Assembly: GCA_964016885.1 (NCBI GenBank)
Contig: OZ024759.1
Coordinates: 32,922,001-32,986,000, forward strand
Source of the DNA: Eledone cirrhosa
Taxonomy: Eukaryota
DNA length: 64,000 bases
Direction: 5' to 3'
Shown: positions 56,861-64,000 of the stretch, piece by piece
How the letters are laid out: each line of letters opens with the position of its first letter
Numbering within the stretch: position 1 is the stretch's first letter
The notes under the pieces: model-generated
Seen by the model: only the letters and a program-made list of their open reading frames with translations
Database searches by the model: none
Told to the model about the DNA's origin: nothing
Position numbers and translations under genes: made by a program

Positions 56861-57802
56861 TGAATGTATGTATATATGTATGTATCTATATGTGTTTGTC
56901 TCTTTCTATTAATTTGGAGTATAATTTCCACTAGCCACCTTGCCGGTGGCAATGTTGTAACGAAAAGGAAATTTTCGTCTTCCCTTATACAGTAGTTCAT
57001 CCTAAGAATTCTAAGACTATCTTACAGCTTTCGAAGGTTCCAGATATCGCGGCCAAGGTCAGATTATGTATTAAAAGAACTGCATTTTTCTCCATTAATC
57101 CAATCTTAGTCACACTTTCGTTGCACTCTGTTGCAACAATATCAACAGCCACGACAAACAAAACAACATAAACGATAACAACGACAATAACAACGATGAC
57201 AACACCATCAACAACAACAACAAGTAAACAAGGACAATCTCCACAACGCCACCAACAACAACTATGAAAAGATGATCATTAACAACAAGAACAAGAGCAG
57301 CCATTAAAATATCAACCATGACAGCCACAACAATAACAAGAACAATAACAACAGCGGCAATGACAAAAATACCCACGACAGCAACAACGATGACAACAAC
57401 TGCCATCTTCTTATCATCATCACCATCACCGTCATCAATAACAATAACAACAACGAATACATCACGCACGACAGCTACAACAGCTATAACAACAGCATCA
57501 GCAACATCATCATCACCAACATCAACAACAACAACGAGAGTAACACAAAACAAACAACAAATATTTCTGTAAGATATTACAAGAACCTTCAAGTAATTTA
57601 AGTTTGTTAACAGTAAACATTAAATGTAGGACGAATGCTAACAAACTATTTAAAATAAAACTCCAAAACATCAGGGATTCATCTTGAGTGACATGTATGT
57701 CCTGCTATCTCTTCGTTGTATTATTGAAATGTTCCGCCATATTGGATTTTGCTTCGATTCGGACTTCTCACAGCACTGGCTGATTTCACAAATAGATTTC
57801 TT

Positions 57803-57878
<76 letters not shown>

Positions 57879-58015
57879 GGTGCTGTAGTGGCTGTGTGAG
57901 TACGTATACATGTATATATTTATATATATGTGTATATATGTATATATATATACTTACACACACACTCACACATATATATATATATATATACATATACGTA
58001 CATATATATACATAC

Positions 58016-58048
<33 letters not shown>

Positions 58049-58533
58049 CATACATATATATATATATACATACATACATATATATATATATACATACATA
58101 CATATATATATATACATACATACTTACATATATATATATATATATATACACACATAAATATATATATATATACACACACACACATATATATATACACACA
58201 CATTCACATATATATATACACACATACATATGTATATATATATGCGTGTGTATATATGCATATACACGCACATAGAACATATGTGCACTGATACACAAAG
58301 ATTGAAAGATAACGCATTTTTAAAAGTAATAAAATATGACATAGCAAAACCACAGGACACACACACACACACACTCACACACATACACACACACACACAC
58401 ACATGCATACATATATATATACGTGTATATATATATACATATTTGTTTATCTACATAATTATATATACTTTGATATTCCTCACGGTTTTCATATGACGTT
58501 AATAATATATATGAATGTATATATAGTATATTT

Positions 58534-58568
<35 letters not shown>

Positions 58569-58750
58569 GCGTTTGTATATATATTTATAAATATACATAT
58601 ATGTATGTATATATAAATACGTTTATATATATATTTATAAATATACATATACATGTATATTATACACATATGTATAAATGTACACACACACACAGAAACG
58701 CATATATATATATATATATATATATATAACATACGTGTTTCTTTATGTAT

Positions 58751-58857
<107 letters not shown>

Positions 58858-59514
58858 TCCATTTATACATATATAATACAAATATACAAATACCGTTTCC
58901 TGATTACGCACATTTTTAGAAAATTTAGGAAAAATATTTTAATATATTTATATGTGAGGTATCATTTACATTAGATAATGCATGGAACTACACACAAATT
59001 GAAACATCATTCGTTTTGACAGGCCCAAACCTTGTTCATTTAGCAATTTTGTTAACTTCTAATTAATTCTCATTCTAAAGAGCATTTTACTAAATTTCAT
59101 GTCATTGAAATCCACTGCTTACTCAGTTTTTTCCTTCTATTATATTGGTTTAATACTATTATAACTGTAATTTGTTTTTTGACGACCGTCTATATTTGTA
59201 TATGTGTATGTGTGTATGATTGTATGTGTGTATGTGTATATGTTTGTATGTGTGTATATGGGTGTATATATGTGTATGTGTGTGTATATGTGTGTACGCG
59301 TGTATGATCTGTGTTGGATTTAATTCATGTTGGAATAGGAATCAAATTAATTATAACCAAATATTGACAAAAAATTTCAATGTGGAAATTAAGATAAAAT
59401 CAAACAATTAGAAATATATATAAAAATCTATATTAACTAATATAATCCAATGAATTCTACGACTTGTGAATCAGAATTTTGGATAAAAACCGTATAATAC
59501 ACACACACACACAC

Positions 59515-59656
<142 letters not shown>

Positions 59657-59675
59657 ATACTTACGGACATATATT

Positions 59676-59719
<44 letters not shown>

Positions 59720-59861
59720 CAAATATATATATATATAAAATAAGGCTTTACATGAAGGTATATGCAATATGTTTATGTAGAATAAACCTATATAATCTCA
59801 CTCTGAATGTTAAAAGCTATGATCCTGCCATAGATATTTCAGTAGCTGTGTAAGGACGCTA

Positions 59862-59900
59862 GACCCAGTGTTTCAAGATTTTTAATGCCTCATCAGAGGC
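59862..59900 (-). ncRNA. Degenerate hammerhead-like motif
   Basis: CTGATGA-GGCattaaaaatCTT-GAAA-CACTGG-GTC; both core boxes present, stems poorly paired. Confidence 0.4.
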
Positions 59901-60208
59901 ATTTGCTCACCCAGTACTGAAACCAGTATAAAATATACTTTAAATGTTTATAAAACCGTTCCTATGATAGCTGTGCCATGTTTTTATTATACATAATTAT
60001 TCTCAATAATGAACCTCTTCATGCCATTTCTAAGAACCTTTTATTATCTGCTTTGTAAATAGCGTATCATACATTTTCCCTTTATGCACATTTTTTATGT
60101 TTGAAATTTCTAAACGGTTAGTAAAATAAATAATGAGAAAAAACCTGTTTGACCGTGGAACTGAAAATCATCTGCTAAACATACCTTTCAAAAGAATTCC
60201 ATTATATG

Positions 60209-60538
60209 TCATAGCAGGTATAAGTAATGTTCTTGAATGTGATAAAGATTAATAACCCCAAAGATGGATCTATTCAATTCTTCCTCGTATACTTTCATCA
60301 TCATGCAGAGTGGGTTACCGGCAAGTGTGAACCTCGCGAGCTGGAATGGCTCTTCAAGCGCATCTTCCTCACCATCTTCTGGAGAAACTCCTTCTCTATT
60401 CTGTTTGCCGGGGCTGCGGGGCTGCTGCCAGCCCACCGGGATTGCGTGGGTCACGATTTGCTCATAACATTGAGAGATGGGAATAGCGGGAGAGACGGAG
60501 GCAGTGACATTGAAGCTTTGGTTCTTTTGTGTTTGGAC
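60209..60538 (-). CDS. Candidate coding exon, product unknown
   Basis: GC-elevated unique island; CAG| at 60539-60541 then open frame VQTQKNQSF...PEDGEEDALEEPFQLARFTLAGNPLCMMMKVYEEELNRSIFG to TGA; possible earlier donor G|GTAACC after 60319; weak pyrimidine tract; no family recognised. Confidence 0.4.
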   Translation of the reverse strand, partial: VQTQKNQSFNVTASVSPAIPISQCYEQIVTHAIPVGWQQPRSPGKQNREGVSPEDGEEDALEEPFQLARFTLAGNPLCMMMKVYEEELNRSIFGVINLYHIQEHYLYLL

Positions 60539-60582
60539 CTGATGTATATATATATATATTTTAAGTACACAGATATCCACAT

Positions 60583-60671
<89 letters not shown>

Positions 60672-61133
60672 CACTTATATAACCACATACACGTAGTAAC
60701 GTAGTATACAAACACATATATTTCTAGCATTTTACAGAATTGGAGAAACACAAATTAAAAAAAAAACAAAAACGAAACACGAATTTTATACCGTATCTGT
60801 ATATTACAATATTTTTCTTTTCGTCTCAAATTATAATTTCGTTTATTTATCATAACATAAAGACACATTTAAACAAGTTTAGTTTCATTTAATCCTGTTG
60901 CTTCTGTATGACATCTTCTCTCACCTTTACACCATCTATTATCATTGTTCCAATTAAAACACTTTCACAATTAGAGTGTAAAAACTAAATACCTCTTCAA
61001 CTTTATCTTATTTGAAACATTTAATTTTCTTTTCACTGTACTATACACCTCAGTGGTGATAATTTATATGTAATATAGTTATAAATGTATTTATATATGA
61101 AACATATAAATATATTTAACTATACACACACAC

Positions 61134-61192
<59 letters not shown>

Positions 61193-61194
<2 letters not shown>

Positions 61195-61343
61195 CACTGA
61201 CGAATTGGTGAATCTAAAAACAACATATGTATATATATATATAGAGAGAGAGAGGAGAGAGATATCCCTCTATCTATTTCATATATATATATATATACAT
61301 ACACACACATATGTTGTTTTTAGATTCACCATACGTCATTGCT
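61193..61343. repeat. ~37-bp inverted repeat enclosing microsatellites
   Basis: AGCACTGACGAATTGGTGAATCTAAAAACAACATATGT (61193-61230) vs 61307-61343. Confidence 0.8.
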
Positions 61344-61681
61344 GTTATGTTATTTCCAAGGCAATATCTTATCGCTTTCTAAATTCTGACACAGGTGCAA
61401 ATATTTCTGACATATTTAACATATGGCCTTTCGTCTCTTTTGTCGTCCACCTTCCCATATCTCCGTCTTTTTCTCTTCAACGTGACTCAGGCTCATTTAA
61501 TATTAATCACCTATATTGTTGCTATTGTTGTTGTTGTTTTCAGTTTTCTCTTTCATAGCGACAGCTTTGTTTATTTGCTTTTCTTGGTTTTCTTGATTTA
61601 TTTTGTTGTTATATTTCTTAGTTTTATTTTTCTCCAGAAAATTTCAATATTTTAATTCATAATTTAGTTTGTTTATCTTAG

Positions 61682-61770
61682 GTGATACACATGGACACAC
61701 AGACAGAGACAAAAACACGCGCATGGGCAAGCAGACGCGTCAAAACACTAACTCTGAAAAGGGCATCCAA
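61682..61770 (+). other. Weak candidate 89-nt exon
   Basis: TTGTTTATCTTAG| acceptor after a long T-rich region and CAA|GTAAGT donor; open in at least two frames; no homology recognised. Confidence 0.25.
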
Positions 61771-62163
61771 GTAAGTACAAGACAGCTAAGTCGCACGCAT
61801 ACAGACATACACATACAACTACAAGGAGGTACAAAATACATGAATCAAAACAACAGGAGTGCGCTTTCGTACACGGATACACGACATAGCAACATACCAC
61901 TCACGACTATGAAACTATCAGCCAAACACCCAATAATTCACTCTGTATCTTTTCCGCTCCTTCCTAAACTACAAAGGTTTCTCCTCTTACCCAACACGTC
62001 AATAGATTGCGTCCCAGTTCCCACCCCCCGAGGAAACAGCGCATTTAAATTACTAAATATGACAAAAAATCACAAAGTTACTTACTCGCCCATGAAAGGG
62101 TATGAGCTCAGTCGTCGGGCACTAACTTCTTACTATTTTATATATATATGTGTGTGTATGTGC

Positions 62164-62217
<54 letters not shown>

Positions 62218-62376
62218 TATATATATATATATATACTGGTTATAACTATGTATTGGTGATCGATTGACGCAGAAACAGGCGGGGAGCGATCTCTAGACCT
62301 ACCAGTTCAGAGAAACAATTGTCAGCAATGTGATTAAAGCCCTTATTGTATAGCAAACCGTGTCACTCTTCTTTCT

Positions 62377-62493
<117 letters not shown>

Positions 62494-62499
62494 GTTTAT

Positions 62500-62559
<60 letters not shown>

Positions 62560-62712
62560 TATATATATATATATAAATATATATACATATATAGTTTATA
62601 TATAAATATATATACATATATATATAGTTTATATATATATATAAATATATATAAATATATATATATAGTTTATATATATATATAAATATATATAAATATA
62701 TATATATAGTTT

Positions 62713-62743
<31 letters not shown>

Positions 62744-62796
62744 GTTTATATATATATATATAGTTTATATATAAATATATATATATATATATATAG

Positions 62797-62847
<51 letters not shown>

Positions 62848-62937
62848 CTTATATATATACAGTATATATATATATATATATATATAGTTTATATATATAC
62901 AGTATATATATATATATATATAGTTTATATATATACA

Positions 62938-62974
<37 letters not shown>

Positions 62975-63129
62975 ACACACAAATATATATATATTTTAGA
63001 TAACTTTAATATAAAACAAATTCCATGTAACATTTTAAATAATCATTCCCAGCAAACAAAGGGGATTATTCAATTCTGGTAAATTAAAAATAGCGTTTCT
63101 TTCAAAAACTCAACGCAAGTACATGTATT

Positions 63130-63213
<84 letters not shown>

Positions 63214-63501
63214 TATACATATATATATATACATACATATATATATACATACATATATACATATATGTATATACATACATATACCGTATATATATATATA
63301 CATACATATATATATACATAATTATATATATATACATATATACATATATATATACACATATATATACATATATATACATATATATATGCATATATATATA
63401 TATATATGCATATATATATATATACATACACATATACATATATACATATATACATACATATATATATATATATATACATACACATATACATATATACATA
63501 T

Positions 63502-63585
<84 letters not shown>

Positions 63586-63945
63586 CTACATATTTATGTA
63601 TATATGTACATACATCAATATGCATATGGATATATATATATTTATATATATATATATATACGTATATATATATATATATATATATAAATTATATATATAT
63701 ATAATACTTTATATAATTTTTGAATTCCTTATTTGGCTACTTGTATAAGTGTGTTCATACGCCTGAGTTTGCGCCTATGAATGCCTCTCTACGCATGCGT
63801 GTGTGTGCGTGTGGTTCAAATTGCATGTCCTTTAGTTTTGTCATATCTATTGTTGAGTTTGTTGGTGAACAATACAATAATTATTTAGCGTAATCAAAGT
63901 AAAGTAATTATGTTTTTATGTGAAGCTATTCATTCTCTTTGTATA

Positions 63946-63992
<47 letters not shown>

Positions 63993-64000
63993 CACATATG

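Overview
AT-rich, microsatellite-dominated eukaryotic intronic/intergenic DNA. The SINE repertoire and (TA)n load suggest an octopus-like cephalopod (inference). Nearly all long ORFs in the track are translations of simple repeats. Recognisable content: tRNA-head SINEs (about 10 Meta-domain-like copies, one CORE-like copy with TSD), four RTE-clade LINE fragments, mariner remnants, several minisatellites, a 200-N gap and three uncertain exon candidates. The main signal is a dense set of short (55-540 bp) elements from at least 8 sequence families lodged in (TA)n tracts. Many are head-to-head fold-backs, and most carry minimal type I hammerhead ribozyme cores (CUGANGA-stem II-GAAA-short, often palindromic stem III-UH). 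Two related families show stem II covariation, a shared YY1-like motif and a terminal tail encoding a conserved ORF N-terminus ([27 protein letters not shown]). These are best read as Penelope-like pseudo-LTR remnants with two fixed endpoints, targeting (TA)n. All structures were read by eye; no database search or folding computation was run.
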